This document shows, one piece after another, positions 18,639 to 30,565 of a DNA stretch of 64,000 nt. The number at the start of each line of letters is the position of its first letter. Position 1 is the first letter of the stretch. The notes under the pieces were generated by a model that was not told where the DNA came from, did not search any database, and saw only the letters and a list, made by a program, of their open reading frames with translations. The DNA is from a virus. Lineage: Duplodnaviria > Caudoviricetes. The stretch lies in the IMG/VR virus record IMGVR_UViG_3300035113_000078, positions 738 to 64,737 of that record; one strand, 5' to 3'. The translations under genes and the position numbers were made by a program.

Positions 18639-19244
18639 TCACGCCGGCTCGTGGTTGGCCTTCTCCTGATCGCTCTCGCTCCGCACGAGATTGGCGTTGC
18701 GCGCAGTCCAGATGGCGAGGCTGCGCGACTGCGGCCCGGTGCCGATCTTGTCGGAGGTGCGGAACAAGAGGTCGTAGACGTACCAGTTCGCGTCCGAGCC
18801 GTCGTCGAGCTCGCCCGGGATGCACATCGCGGTGAAGCGGTTGCTCTCGGGTGGCGATGGTTCGGCCTCGACGTACCGTTTGTTGCGGATCCGGTTGGCA
18901 GGCACGTGGGTGAACGCGCACCAGACGTCGAGCTGCTCGGCGTCTGGGAAGTTGTGGAGCTTGACGTTGCCGTCCGCGGACATCACCTCCGCGAGGACGC
19001 GCGTGCGGCGCAGGAAACCCTCCGCATCGATGATCTCGAAGACCTTGAAGTTGGCGGTCACGGTGACCGTGGTGACGATGCGGCCTCGCGCCTTCCGGCG
19101 CGCCACCGCCTGTGCCACGTAGAGCTCGCCCTTCTGCAGGCCATGCCCGTCCGCGATGCACATCAGCACGTCTTCGGTCTGGTAGTCCGTCGGGTCGGTT
19201 GTTCCGTGGTGATACACGATCTCCTCGCTGCTCCGATTTGACAT
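18639..19244 (-). CDS. Hypothetical protein
   Basis: AAGGAG RBS before ATG 19244; high-GC3 codon pattern. Confidence 0.7.
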   Translation of the reverse strand: MSNRSSEEIVYHHGTTDPTDYQTEDVLMCIADGHGLQKGELYVAQAVARRKARGRIVTTVTVTANFKVFEIIDAEGFLRRTRVLAEVMSADGNVKLHNFPDAEQLDVWCAFTHVPANRIRNKRYVEAEPSPPESNRFTAMCIPGELDDGSDANWYVYDLLFRTSDKIGTGPQSRSLAIWTARNANLVRSESDQEKANHEPA

Positions 19245-19516
19245 GTGACTCCTTCGTTCGGGTCGATTCGTAGTTGTCGACCGCATGTGACACATGACTC
19301 CGGTTGCGCGATACCGCAAGTCAGATTCGACAAATGGAATGCGAATCATTCCCGGAATGCCGGGCGGTGCTTACTGATAGCGTGGCTGCGCAGTGAGATC
19401 GGCGGAGACTATTTGTTTGCTATCAACGTATGAGAATCGAGTTGCTTTCTGCGTGCGTGAAACCCATGTGTGTGCAAGCGAACGGCGAGCCCGGACGCAG
19501 AATAGGAGAAGCGACC

Positions 19517-19768
19517 ATGAAGGTTCGAGAGCTGATGGAGCGGCTTGGGAGGCAGGACCCCGATGCAGAGGTTTGCATGGTTAGCCAGCCGAGCTGGCCA
19601 ATTGAGCACGCGGTGGCCGGCGTCGCGGTTCGTAGCGACCTGTTCGATGCGGACGTCGAGCCGGGGACGGAGCGGTACGCGGACGGCGCGAGCGCGAGCG
19701 ACGTCGTCCTCGTTGAAGGAGCTTGGCTGCGGTACGGCCATCGGACCGCGTGGAAGGCGATACGCTGA
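19517..19768 (+). CDS. Small phage hypothetical protein
   Basis: AGGAG RBS; MKVRELMERLGRQDPDAEV is a common small-phage-protein start pattern. Confidence 0.75.
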   Translation: MKVRELMERLGRQDPDAEVCMVSQPSWPIEHAVAGVAVRSDLFDADVEPGTERYADGASASDVVLVEGAWLRYGHRTAWKAIR

Positions 19769-20141
19769 TTCTCGCACGCCAGAAAGCGTTCCGAGCCGGC
19801 AACCTGTGAATGCCGGCTCGGGCGCCCTCCGCAGCGGCCTTGCTCACCGTGGCTCCACGCAGCGGCCATAAGGCCGTGGGGCCACGGAGCGGCTCGAATT
19901 GATTCACGCACGCACGTCGTGTTCGTCGGTCTCGCGGGTCTTTCGGCGCGGTGACCTGTTAACCAGCGGGTCAGTCGTTGGTGCGGAGAGAACTCCGGGT
20001 GTCCACTCTACGAATACAACCTCTGGGCCATTGGCCAACTTGAGTCGATCGGCAATGGCGAATCAACCACTTGATCTGTTCGGCTCACAAACGAAACAAT
20101 AGATCTGGACATTCACTCCGGCTGGTCTCATATCCACGTGT

Positions 20142-20882
20142 GTGGGCGAGATGCACGTTGCCGATGATCGGCAAACCGACCGAGACCTCGAGCCCCAGCC
20201 GCACGAGGCGCGCGCTGGTGCCGGGTGGTCGAAGTGGACGGATCGGGCGCCCCCGACGCCAGCAACACGGCGACCCGGCAGGCCGAAGCGCGTCGACGCA
20301 CCCATCGTGCCGTGGGACGTCATCGACAAGCTGCTCGTGCACGGCGAGGTCGTCATCGATCCGCGCAACGGGCAAGAGGCCCTGCGCTTTCCATCGCTTG
20401 CCGTCCTGGCCAAGCGCTACGGCATCAGCCGGACGCTGATCTGGAAGTACACCAGCCGCGCGAAATGCTTCGAGCGGCGCAAGGAGGCGCGCGCCAAGAT
20501 CCTCGCGCGCACAGACGCCAAGGTGATCGAGAAGGTGTCCAACGCGCGGGCGGCCTCCACTTCAGACGTGGCCGCGATTGTGGACACGTTCATTTCCGGG
20601 TTTCGCAAGGCGCTTGATGCGGGCAAGGTGCGCCTCGATTCGGCCGCGGACCTCGACCGGCTGGTTCGGCTTCGCGAATTGATCAACGGCAACGCGGATT
20701 CCCGGAGCGAGCTCGCCGGCGGGCTTACGCTCGAGGCGCTCCAGGGCCGGCACCGCCAGCTGCGCAGCCAGCTCGACGGGATGTCGCCCGAGCTCGCCGG
20801 CACGACCGCGCAGGTCACCGGCGAAGGCGACCCACCGGGTGACCTGGGTCGAGAGGAGCGGGGCGATGACCCGACCCGGTGA
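20142..20882 (+). CDS. HTH protein, probable terminase small subunit
   Basis: PSLAVLAKRYGISRTLI HTH; upstream of HNH and large terminase; start uncertain. Confidence 0.6.
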   Translation: MGEMHVADDRQTDRDLEPQPHEARAGAGWSKWTDRAPPTPATRRPGRPKRVDAPIVPWDVIDKLLVHGEVVIDPRNGQEALRFPSLAVLAKRYGISRTLIWKYTSRAKCFERRKEARAKILARTDAKVIEKVSNARAASTSDVAAIVDTFISGFRKALDAGKVRLDSAADLDRLVRLRELINGNADSRSELAGGLTLEALQGRHRQLRSQLDGMSPELAGTTAQVTGEGDPPGDLGREERGDDPTR

Positions 20883-22062
20883 TCCCGCTCCGGACTGCCG
20901 CTTCTCTAAAAAAGTGGCAGTCCGCGTGGAACGGGCGGCGCCAAGTCGCGGATTTAGCACCGCGGCCGACGCGCCCGGGCCGAACGCGGACTGCCGCTTT
21001 GCCGGCGCGTGCGCGGCGCGGGGGCCGGTCCCGGCGTCCAGTGCAGCGGACCCTGACACGCCGCAGAAGCACACATGCGGCGGGTTCACAGGCGAGACCA
21101 GCGCCGAAGCACATGCGCGTTCGCACACTGCTGTGTGTAGTTCACCGCCGAGCGGTGCCGGCGTCGGAGCGGCGGCCGCGCGCTCGGCGGCGACGGCGCG
21201 CGCACGTTCGCTCGACGGCGCGGGGGCGGGCGCCCTTCGCCTGGCGGCGAACGACGCGATGTGCGCAAGCACGGCGCCACCGGCGCGCAGCTCGACGGAC
21301 GTCCTCAGCGTCGCCGGGCCCCCCGGGGTCGATCCCCCGTTTTCGGCGACCGCGCCGGGCGTGCCCACTGCCGTCTCGCACGGGGCTATCCCCGAGAAAG
21401 TGGACGTTCGGGCGCAAGTACGCGCGATCGCGAAACCCAGAATTTGGAGCTGGCTCCGCAAAGAAGTGGACTCCCCGTGGGGGCGATCGCTCGACGACGA
21501 CGGTCACTGGATCGAGCACCGTCGCTGCCGGTCCTGCGGATGCATCCAGAAGCGGCCGCACTTCACCAGAGGCTATTGCAAGCCCTGCTATTATCGCTCG
21601 CCGTTCGGACGCGCTCGCAAATACGAGCACTACGTTGAGCACCGCAAGCGCCTGCGCGCGAACGACCGCGACGGACAATGGCTACGCGTGATGGCGGCCG
21701 CCGTGCGTAAGCGCCAGGTTGATCGCGACGCCGGTCTCGTGCCGGACTACTCCGTCATTGCATATTGCGTGACGTGCAAGCTGTTCAATGGCCGATGCGC
21801 GTTCTGTAACTCACCGGACGATCTAACCATCGACCACCACTATCCCGCCGCCGCAGGCTCTCCCATCGAGCCCGGGAACGCTGTCCTTCTCTGTCGCGCA
21901 TGCAACGCGTCGAAGGGTAGGCGTCTGCCCGAGGAGTTCTACGGCCCAGAGCAGCTCGCGCAGATCGAGCGAACGCTTCAGCTCGCCGTCGAGCTTACTC
22001 CCTTGATGGAGAAGCTCTTGCCACGACTCGATCTTCGACGGATTCGCGGAAGACCCGCATGA
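20866..22062 (+). CDS. HNH endonuclease with low-complexity N-terminus
   Basis: CAFC...LTIDHHYP...[15 protein letters not shown]; GAGGAG before ATG 20866. Confidence 0.75.
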   Translation: MTRPGDPAPDCRFSKKVAVRVERAAPSRGFSTAADAPGPNADCRFAGACAARGPVPASSAADPDTPQKHTCGGFTGETSAEAHARSHTAVCSSPPSGAGVGAAAARSAATARARSLDGAGAGALRLAANDAMCASTAPPARSSTDVLSVAGPPGVDPPFSATAPGVPTAVSHGAIPEKVDVRAQVRAIAKPRIWSWLRKEVDSPWGRSLDDDGHWIEHRRCRSCGCIQKRPHFTRGYCKPCYYRSPFGRARKYEHYVEHRKRLRANDRDGQWLRVMAAAVRKRQVDRDAGLVPDYSVIAYCVTCKLFNGRCAFCNSPDDLTIDHHYPAAAGSPIEPGNAVLLCRACNASKGRRLPEEFYGPEQLAQIERTLQLAVELTPLMEKLLPRLDLRRIRGRPA

Positions 22063-22079
22063 CGGCGACCAGAGATCCA

Positions 22080-22697
22080 TCAGCACGGCAGGTCGCGCAC
22101 GTCGCGAGCGACGTCCTCGTCACTGAGCTCAGCGTAGATTCGCGTCGTGTTGGCGTCCTTGTGGCGAGCGATCCGCTGCGTGAAGTCGAGATCCCGCTTG
22201 GCACGCTGCACGTTGGTGAGCGCCGTGTGCCGGAGCATGTGGAAGTTGAACCGCCGATCGAACCCAGCCCGCTGCTGCCACTTGTGGAACAGGTAGCGGA
22301 GCGTCCTGGTCGCGATCCGGGTACCGCGGCGGGAGATGAACAGCGGGGCGGTGGGCTCAAGACTCTCGCCGCGGGCGCGCTTCCACTCGATGAACTTGGT
22401 GAGCTTGTACCAGGCGCCATCGGGCAGGAAGACGTCTTGGTTCGCAGGAGCATCGGTCGAGCGCTTGAACGTCCGCAGGGTGAACTGACGCCGGACCTTG
22501 CCGTCGTCACGAAGAACGTCGCCGACGTCGAGCGCCGCGAGCTCGTGCTCCCGCATGGCGGTGCCCAGGGCGAGCGAAAAGATCACGTGGTCGCGGAAGC
22601 CGTCCCGATGTTCCCCGGAGGTCTTCAGGAGCTTGGCTTGGTCGACGCGGGTGAGGGTGCGGGGCGGGCGACGGACGGCGGCGGCGTAGCTGGTCAT
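22080..22697 (-). CDS. Tyrosine recombinase, catalytic domain only
   Basis: TAMREHE (R), HMLRH (HxxR), ARH...TTRIY (H, Y); GGAGG RBS. Confidence 0.9.
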   Translation of the reverse strand: MTSYAAAVRRPPRTLTRVDQAKLLKTSGEHRDGFRDHVIFSLALGTAMREHELAALDVGDVLRDDGKVRRQFTLRTFKRSTDAPANQDVFLPDGAWYKLTKFIEWKRARGESLEPTAPLFISRRGTRIATRTLRYLFHKWQQRAGFDRRFNFHMLRHTALTNVQRAKRDLDFTQRIARHKDANTTRIYAELSDEDVARDVRDLPC

Positions 22698-22751
22698 CAG
22701 GAACCTCCGACGACATCACATGCGTCTTCGTCGGCGGAAAGCAAGTCGAAC

Positions 22752-24197
22752 GTGCGTGGTCCGCTCCTGGTCGGCAAGCGCACGGAGGAGGATCTGCTCG
22801 ACTGGCTCGGGACGGAGGTGGGCTTCTTGACTGGTCTCGGCCATTACAATGAGGAAGCCCTGGTGCTGGAGCCGTTCCAGATCGCCTTTCTTGAGTCGAA
22901 GAGCCGGTTCCGCTGGGTCGAGAAAGCTCGGCAAGTCGGATTCTCGTTTCTGTTTGCAGCCGAGGCCGTCGCGCGTTGCCATCTGCGCGATGTCCACACC
23001 ACAGTGATGGTATCCTACAATTTAGAAGACGCCAAAGAAAAGATCAATTACAGTCGTCAGCTTGCGGAAGAATTGCCACTCGCCTATCGCAAAAAGCTTG
23101 TGACCGACTCCAAAACTGAACTTGGATTCCTCTCCAATAGCGCGTCGAAGCGCGTATCGCGCATCATCTCGAATCCCTCGAAGGCGCCACGCGGGAAGAA
23201 GGGTGACTTGATTTTGGATGAGCTCGCCCACTACGCGAACGACCAGGAGGTCTACAAGGGTTCGACGGCGCTCATCCTGCGCTCGCGCGGTCAGCTCACC
23301 GGCTGCTCGTCGCCACTCGGGCGTCGTGGCGTGTTCTGGCAGGTTGCACGCCAGGAGCTGCGCAAGTACCCGACGTACTGGCGACAGCAGGTTCCCTGGT
23401 GGCTGTGCCGGTTCTTCTGCACCGATGTCCTCCGTGCGGTGAAGCAAGCGCCGCTGATGCCGACCGAAGAGCGTGTCCGTACATTCGGCAACAAGGACAT
23501 TCAAGATCAGCTCGACGCCCTCGCACTCGAAGATTTTCAACAGGAGTTTGAACTCGCCTTTTCGGATGAATCGTACTCGTTCTACCCGTATGAATTGATC
23601 CTGCCTTGCACGAGCGACGACCTCGTGCTCGCCGACGACTTCGCGACCTTTGGCGACGTCACCGGTCGGCTCGTGGCCGGGTTCGATGTCGGCCGTAAGC
23701 GCGATCTGTCCGAGCTGTCGATCTTCGAAGACGTCGGCGGCAAGCAGGTGTGCCGGCTCCTGCGCAGCTACGACCGCGTGCCGTTCGCCGACCAGGAGGC
23801 CGACCTGCGCCGCATGCTCACGATGCTGCCGATCGGCCGGCTGTCGATCGATCAAAACGGCATTGGGATGCACCTGGCGGAGAACCTCGGCCGGGACTTC
23901 GGACAGGTCGTGCCCGAGACATTCTCGAACGAGTCCAAGGAGATCTGGGCGACCGACTTCAAAATCCTCCTGCAGCGCAAGGACATCGTGCTGCCCAAGG
24001 ATCGCCAGCTGGTCGCGCAGATCCACAGCATCAAGCGACGGCTCACACCGACCGGCAAGCCGTCGTTCGAGCCGGAGCGCGAAGAGATCGGCAAGGGCCA
24101 CGCTGACCGCTTCTGGTCGGTGGCGCTCGCCTGCCAGAAGGAGCGCGGGCCGCTGCCCGGTGCCGTTCCTGAAGTCCACGTCAGGGTGATCGGATAA
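22752..24197 (+). CDS. terL: Terminase large subunit
   Basis: KARQVGFS Walker A variant, [24 protein letters not shown]; start probably GTG 22752 rather than 22059. Confidence 0.92.
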   Translation: MRGPLLVGKRTEEDLLDWLGTEVGFLTGLGHYNEEALVLEPFQIAFLESKSRFRWVEKARQVGFSFLFAAEAVARCHLRDVHTTVMVSYNLEDAKEKINYSRQLAEELPLAYRKKLVTDSKTELGFLSNSASKRVSRIISNPSKAPRGKKGDLILDELAHYANDQEVYKGSTALILRSRGQLTGCSSPLGRRGVFWQVARQELRKYPTYWRQQVPWWLCRFFCTDVLRAVKQAPLMPTEERVRTFGNKDIQDQLDALALEDFQQEFELAFSDESYSFYPYELILPCTSDDLVLADDFATFGDVTGRLVAGFDVGRKRDLSELSIFEDVGGKQVCRLLRSYDRVPFADQEADLRRMLTMLPIGRLSIDQNGIGMHLAENLGRDFGQVVPETFSNESKEIWATDFKILLQRKDIVLPKDRQLVAQIHSIKRRLTPTGKPSFEPEREEIGKGHADRFWSVALACQKERGPLPGAVPEVHVRVIG

Positions 24198-24202
24198 ACA
24201 CG

Positions 24203-24376
24203 ATGCAGACCTCGCCATCGAGAGACGACCGCGTGCGCAGCCCCATTGAACGGCTGCTGCGCTTCCTGGACAAGCTTGCAGCGAGCAGCTTCTTCGGCAA
24301 AGTCACGGTGAGCTTTCAACACGGAAAGGTGTGTGACGTGAAAATCGAGCAAACGAAGAAGCTCGACGAGCTGTAA
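24203..24376 (+). CDS. 57-aa DUF2292/YezD-like small protein (not in ORF track)
   Basis: MQTSPSRDDRVRSPIERLLRFLDKLAASSFFGKVTVSFQHGKVCDVKIEQTKKLDEL; FGxVxxxxxxGKVxxxxxxxxxK pattern. Confidence 0.7.
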   Translation: MQTSPSRDDRVRSPIERLLRFLDKLAASSFFGKVTVSFQHGKVCDVKIEQTKKLDEL

Positions 24377-24405
24377 GCACTCGCAACCACCACTCCAGAT
24401 CAACC

Positions 24406-24484
24406 GGGGACGTCGAGCTATTCGAGCCCCGGCGGCAGGTCCCCGCCCCCCGACCGCCTGCCGCCGGGGCTCTTTCCTTTTCGG
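24406..24484 (+). ncRNA. Leader attenuator RNA, copy 1
   Basis: GGGGACGTCGAgctatTCGAGCCCCG-stem-CGGGGCTCTTTCCTTTT; matches three other copies. Confidence 0.7.
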
Positions 24485-24498
24485 CCGCAGGAACGCCC

Positions 24499-24762
24499 AT
24501 GAAGTACCAGGTCCAGCTGTTCCAGATCGATCGCGACGCCAAGTCCGCGGACCGGCCTCAGCCGGCCGGCAGCTTTGAAGTCGATGCCGACACCTACGAG
24601 GCTGCGCGCGCCGCGGCGCTCGCGCGGCTTGCATCCGACGGGCGGACCGTTCGGTCGCTGTCGTTTCTGGCCGGTGGTGGGCTCGCCGCGGTTATCACGC
24701 AACCGGCACCAGCGCCGGCACCGACAGCCGCACGGGTGCGGCGCGCGCAGGGAGGTCGGTGA
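24499..24762 (+). CDS. Hypothetical protein
   Basis: AGGA RBS; first gene after attenuator copy 1. Confidence 0.65.
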   Translation: MKYQVQLFQIDRDAKSADRPQPAGSFEVDADTYEAARAAALARLASDGRTVRSLSFLAGGGLAAVITQPAPAPAPTAARVRRAQGGR

Positions 24763-25058
24763 TGGCCCGCCCGGAACGCATGGTGCTCGAGGTCCCGTCC
24801 GCGCCCGGGACTGGCAAGGCCGAGAACGTGTTCCGGCTTCGCGACAAGACCGTGCAGATCTCCGGGCCGTTCGCCGGCTCCCTGCAGCTCGAGGGCTCGA
24901 TCGACGGGGAGGACTTCGAGCCGATCGGCGCACCGCTCACGGGCCCGGGCTTCGTCCTGGTACCGATGGCAGTGGCGTTTCTGCGGATCCACACCCTCGA
25001 GCGGACCTCCGGTCTTCCGAAGGCGGTCGCGTCCGGGTTCGACTTCCGAGCGATGTGA
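24759..25058 (+). CDS. Hypothetical beta-rich small protein
   Basis: GGAGG RBS; coupled to neighbours; LQLEGSIDGEDF. Confidence 0.7.
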   Translation: MMARPERMVLEVPSAPGTGKAENVFRLRDKTVQISGPFAGSLQLEGSIDGEDFEPIGAPLTGPGFVLVPMAVAFLRIHTLERTSGLPKAVASGFDFRAM

Positions 25059-25362
25059 TGGCGTCACCTCTTGCGGCGCACCACCGAGCGCTCGGCGACC
25101 TCGTCGAGCTGCGGCGCGTCACGAACCTGTCCGCGCTGGACGAGGCGGCGTGCCGCCGGGTCGAACCAGGGTCCGATGCCCCGCACTGGGATCGCCTGTA
25201 CGCGTCGGCGATCTGCGAGCGCACGCATCCGCGCGTCGAGCGCGTCGCAGCGCTGTGCCCCGGCTGCGAGCTCTCGTGGGAGCGGTGGCAGGTGGCCCAG
25301 GGGTCGCCGCGGCGGCTGGCGGATCGGCGCGTGTCGTTGCCGCGGTTCGGAGGAGACGGACC

Positions 25363-25366
<4 letters not shown>
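25058..25366 (+). CDS. Hypothetical protein
   Basis: TGATG coupling upstream, ATGA overlap with portal; CPGC motif. Confidence 0.55.
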
Positions 25367-27338
<1,972 letters not shown>

Positions 27339-27342
<4 letters not shown>

Positions 27343-28463
27343 GAGAGCGTCCCCATCATCTGCGACCGTACGTCGACACCGTTCGCGTCGTGCTCGTCTA
27401 CCGCGACTTCACCGGCATCGGCGTGTCGCACGTCGGGCTTGGCGTCAGCGCGCAGTACACCGCGAAGACGCTCCGCCACCACGGCATCTGGGCCGAGGTG
27501 TGGCCAGCACAGAGCGCCCAGAAGCTGCGCGAGCGACTGCGGCTCGTCAATACGGAAGCGGATCAGCGCGGCGAGATCCGGCCCACCCACGTCATCCTCG
27601 CGGCGCCGTGGATTCCGACCCACGAGGTCGAGCTCACCGCCGCTGAGTTTCCCGAGGTGAGCTGGGTGGTCGTCAGCCACTCGAGCGTCGGGTTCTTGGC
27701 GGCGGATCCGCACGCGATCCGCCTGCTGCGGCAGACGGCAGACCTCCAGCTGTCGACCCACAACGTGTTCGTCGGTGGGAACTCGCCGAAGTTCACGGCC
27801 TGGGCGACGGAGGCGTGGGGCGTCAACGCGGTCTGCTTGCCAAACCTCTACAACCTCGACGAAACATTCCCGCGTCACGACCGGCGCTGGCAGGGGGGTG
27901 CCTTGCGCCTTGGGCTGTTCGGCGCGAACCGACCGCTCAAGAACTTCCTCACTGGCGCCGCGGCCGCCGTTGTCTTGGCGCGCAGCCTCCACGTGCCCGT
28001 CGAACTGCTCCTGTCAACCGGACGGAATGAGGGCAGCGACGGGCGCGCGCTCGAGGAGATGACCGAGAACATCGCCAACCTCAAGGTCACGAGAACCGGC
28101 TGGTTGCCCTGGGCCAGCTTTCGGAGCCTCCTGCGCACCGTCGATCTGGTGTTCCAGGTCAGCTACACCGAGACCTTCAACGTCGTCACGGCGGACGCGA
28201 TCGCGGAAGGCGTCCCGGTCGTGGCGAGCGACGCGATCGACTGGGTGCCGCATTGGTGGCAAGCGCGCGCCGACGAGCCGCTCGATGCGGTTCGCGTCGC
28301 TGAGCGTCTGCTGCGCGACCCGGACGCGCCCCGCCACGGGCGTCAGGCGCTCCAGGCGTACGTCGATCGCGGCGTGGTCGCCTGGTGGCGCTTCCTCTGC
28401 CCGCAGCTCGCGACCATGGCGCGCGCCGAACCGCCGGCGCGCGCCACATCGGACCCCATATGA
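27339..28463 (+). CDS. Glycosyltransferase (GT4/GT-B-like)
   Basis: RPLKN and DLVFQVSYTETFNVVTADAIAEGVPVVAS. Confidence 0.85.
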
Positions 28464-29515
28464 ACGACGGCCTCTACCGCGCGGCGATCGACGCGGCAGA
28501 CGAGCTCCTTTGCGACGTCTATCGGCTCGATGTCGCCAAGGCGCTCGATCCGCTCGACCCGCGCGATTTCCTCGTCATCGTGGGACGGCTGGCCCGGGCG
28601 CTCACCAGCGTGTCGCGCGAGGCGGAGGCGGGCGCGTTGCGCAAGGCGCTCGCGACGCTCGATGTCGACTGGCCCCGCCTGTCGGTCCACGCGCGGGACG
28701 AGGTCCTCCGCGCAGCGCGGCACGCAGTCGCCGGCGTCGCGGACCAGGTCCTGCCGCGGGTGGAGCAGGTGTTCGAGCTCGAGGCCAAGAACGTCGTCGA
28801 TCGATCACGGCGTGCGACCGTGCGGCAGTTCGGGCTCCGGATCGCCGCCGACACCACGAGGACCGATACGCGGATCGCTGCGTTCGTGCGCAAGAGCGAG
28901 GCGAACTTCATCCGGGACGAGTACGGCCGTCGCCGCGACGAGCTCGGCCTGCGCGCGCGAGATATCGTGGCGGCCGGGCTCGAGCAGGGGCTCGGCCGGG
29001 ACGACATTGTCGCGGACCTGTCGGCGCAGCTCGCACCGGTCGTGAGCCGTGGCAAGCCGTACTGGGACGTCGTCGCGACGAGCTTCGCCAACCGAGGCCG
29101 AACCTACACGCAGCTGGCCGCGTTCGACGAGGCCGACGTCGACCACTTTCGTTTCGAAGCGGTGCTGGACCAGGTCACCAGCGAGGTGTGCCGGTTCATG
29201 CATGGCCGCGAGTTCAGCGTAGAGCGGGCAAGGCAGCGCTTCGACGAGGTCGAGCAGGCCGACGACGCGGAGGCAGTGACCAACCTGCAGCCATGGATGC
29301 GCGTCGGCGCCGACGATGCCGGGAACCAGGTCTTGTACTACGAGCGGGCGGGGCGGCGCCGCATGGTCGCCCGTGTCGACGAGTCGTCGGTGGGGAGCTC
29401 GGACCGCGTCGGTCGCTACTCTCGCGCGCTGTCGACCGACGAACTTGAGGCCGCGGGCGTGACCGTCCCGCCGCTGCACGGTCGCTGTCGCTCAACCATC
29501 GTGGTGGTGGACTAG
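28460..29515 (+). CDS. Head morphogenesis protein (Mu gpF/SPP1 gp7-like)
   Basis: AVLDQVTSEVCRFMHG and PPLHGRCRST. Confidence 0.88.
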   Translation: MNDGLYRAAIDAADELLCDVYRLDVAKALDPLDPRDFLVIVGRLARALTSVSREAEAGALRKALATLDVDWPRLSVHARDEVLRAARHAVAGVADQVLPRVEQVFELEAKNVVDRSRRATVRQFGLRIAADTTRTDTRIAAFVRKSEANFIRDEYGRRRDELGLRARDIVAAGLEQGLGRDDIVADLSAQLAPVVSRGKPYWDVVATSFANRGRTYTQLAAFDEADVDHFRFEAVLDQVTSEVCRFMHGREFSVERARQRFDEVEQADDAEAVTNLQPWMRVGADDAGNQVLYYERAGRRRMVARVDESSVGSSDRVGRYSRALSTDELEAAGVTVPPLHGRCRSTIVVVD

Positions 29516-29517
29516 CC

Positions 29518-29811
29518 ATGCCGCGCGACTTCCTCTCGCTCATCGAGAGCGAGCAGCTCGAGCAAGCCCTGCTCGGCATCGAGCACGCGGTCACGCGCAG
29601 CTTCGAGGCCGATGGCACGCGGGTGACCGGGGCTGAGGTCCGGCACCGATTCGCGATCTGCGAGCGGCTCGTCCGCCAGCTACGCGGTGACCTGCGCTGG
29701 GGCCTCGTTCGGGTGATCGACCACCTGCCGCATTACCTCCGCTACGAGCTCGATGGCCAGGCCTGGGAGCCCGATCGGCGGACCTGCTGGATGCCCGAGG
29801 ACGGATCGTAA
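29518..29811 (+). CDS. Hypothetical protein
   Basis: 97-aa ORF tightly packed in the operon. Confidence 0.7.
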   Translation: MPRDFLSLIESEQLEQALLGIEHAVTRSFEADGTRVTGAEVRHRFAICERLVRQLRGDLRWGLVRVIDHLPHYLRYELDGQAWEPDRRTCWMPEDGS

Positions 29812-29827
29812 CGACAAGGAGCTGTCT

Positions 29828-30562
29828 ATGACGAAGACAACGAAGCTGGACACCATCGCCACGCGGCTCGAAGAGGTCGTGGGGCTCTTGCGGGGCGATG
29901 CAAGACCGACCGCGAAGCGGATGCCGCTGAACGAGTTCATGAGCTTCGCGCTCGCCGAGATCCAGAAGGCTGCCAAGGACAAGCCCGAGGTCGCCAAGCG
30001 CCGGCTCGCGACGCTGAAGCGCAACGTGGATGAGGTGATTGCCGCGATCGCCAAGCTCGCCGCCGAGGATACTGAGAGCGAGGACATCGACGTCGAGGTC
30101 ACGACCGCGTTCGCGCCGACCAAGGCCGACGGCGACACGCCGATGGAGGATCTGTCGACGGCGAGCGAGCAGAGCTCCACGGACGTGCCGCTGGACCGGG
30201 TGTCGTCGGCGAGCGGTGACTCGGCCTTCGCGGAGAACCTCAACCAGGTCGCCAAGGCTCTCGAGAAACTCAAGGCCGATCTTGGAGTATCGGACGACAC
30301 CAAGACGCGGGCGCGGGCGACCAAGAATGCTTCTGAGGGCAACGAGCGCGGACGCAGCGGAGACGCACGCCGTGGTGGCGATCGCGGCGACGGCGAAGAT
30401 CGCGACTGGGGCGATGGTCGTGAGACCGCCGGTGATCGCGACGGCGATGGCTGGCCGATGGATCTCGCCACCGACGCGTTTCTGAAGGGCGCCGACAAGG
30501 ATGACGCCACGCCGCTGTGGGGGTACGACCCCGACGAGGTCGCATCTCCGAAGGCCAGGTGA
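29828..30562 (+). CDS. Hypothetical acidic head-module protein
   Basis: AAGGAG RBS; disordered acidic C-terminal half with WPMDL. Confidence 0.75.
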   Translation: MTKTTKLDTIATRLEEVVGLLRGDARPTAKRMPLNEFMSFALAEIQKAAKDKPEVAKRRLATLKRNVDEVIAAIAKLAAEDTESEDIDVEVTTAFAPTKADGDTPMEDLSTASEQSSTDVPLDRVSSASGDSAFAENLNQVAKALEKLKADLGVSDDTKTRARATKNASEGNERGRSGDARRGGDRGDGEDRDWGDGRETAGDRDGDGWPMDLATDAFLKGADKDDATPLWGYDPDEVASPKAR

Positions 30563-30565
30563 CCT

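Noticed and set aside
22239-22248. Fourth GTGGAAGTT box
   Set aside because: It lies inside the recombinase coding sequence (FNFH codons), has a mismatch, and has no flanking -35/-10.
22059-22751. 712-aa terminase with long N-terminal extension, as in the ORF track
   Set aside because: The extension is the antisense shadow of the tyrosine recombinase; terminase motifs begin only after about 22750.
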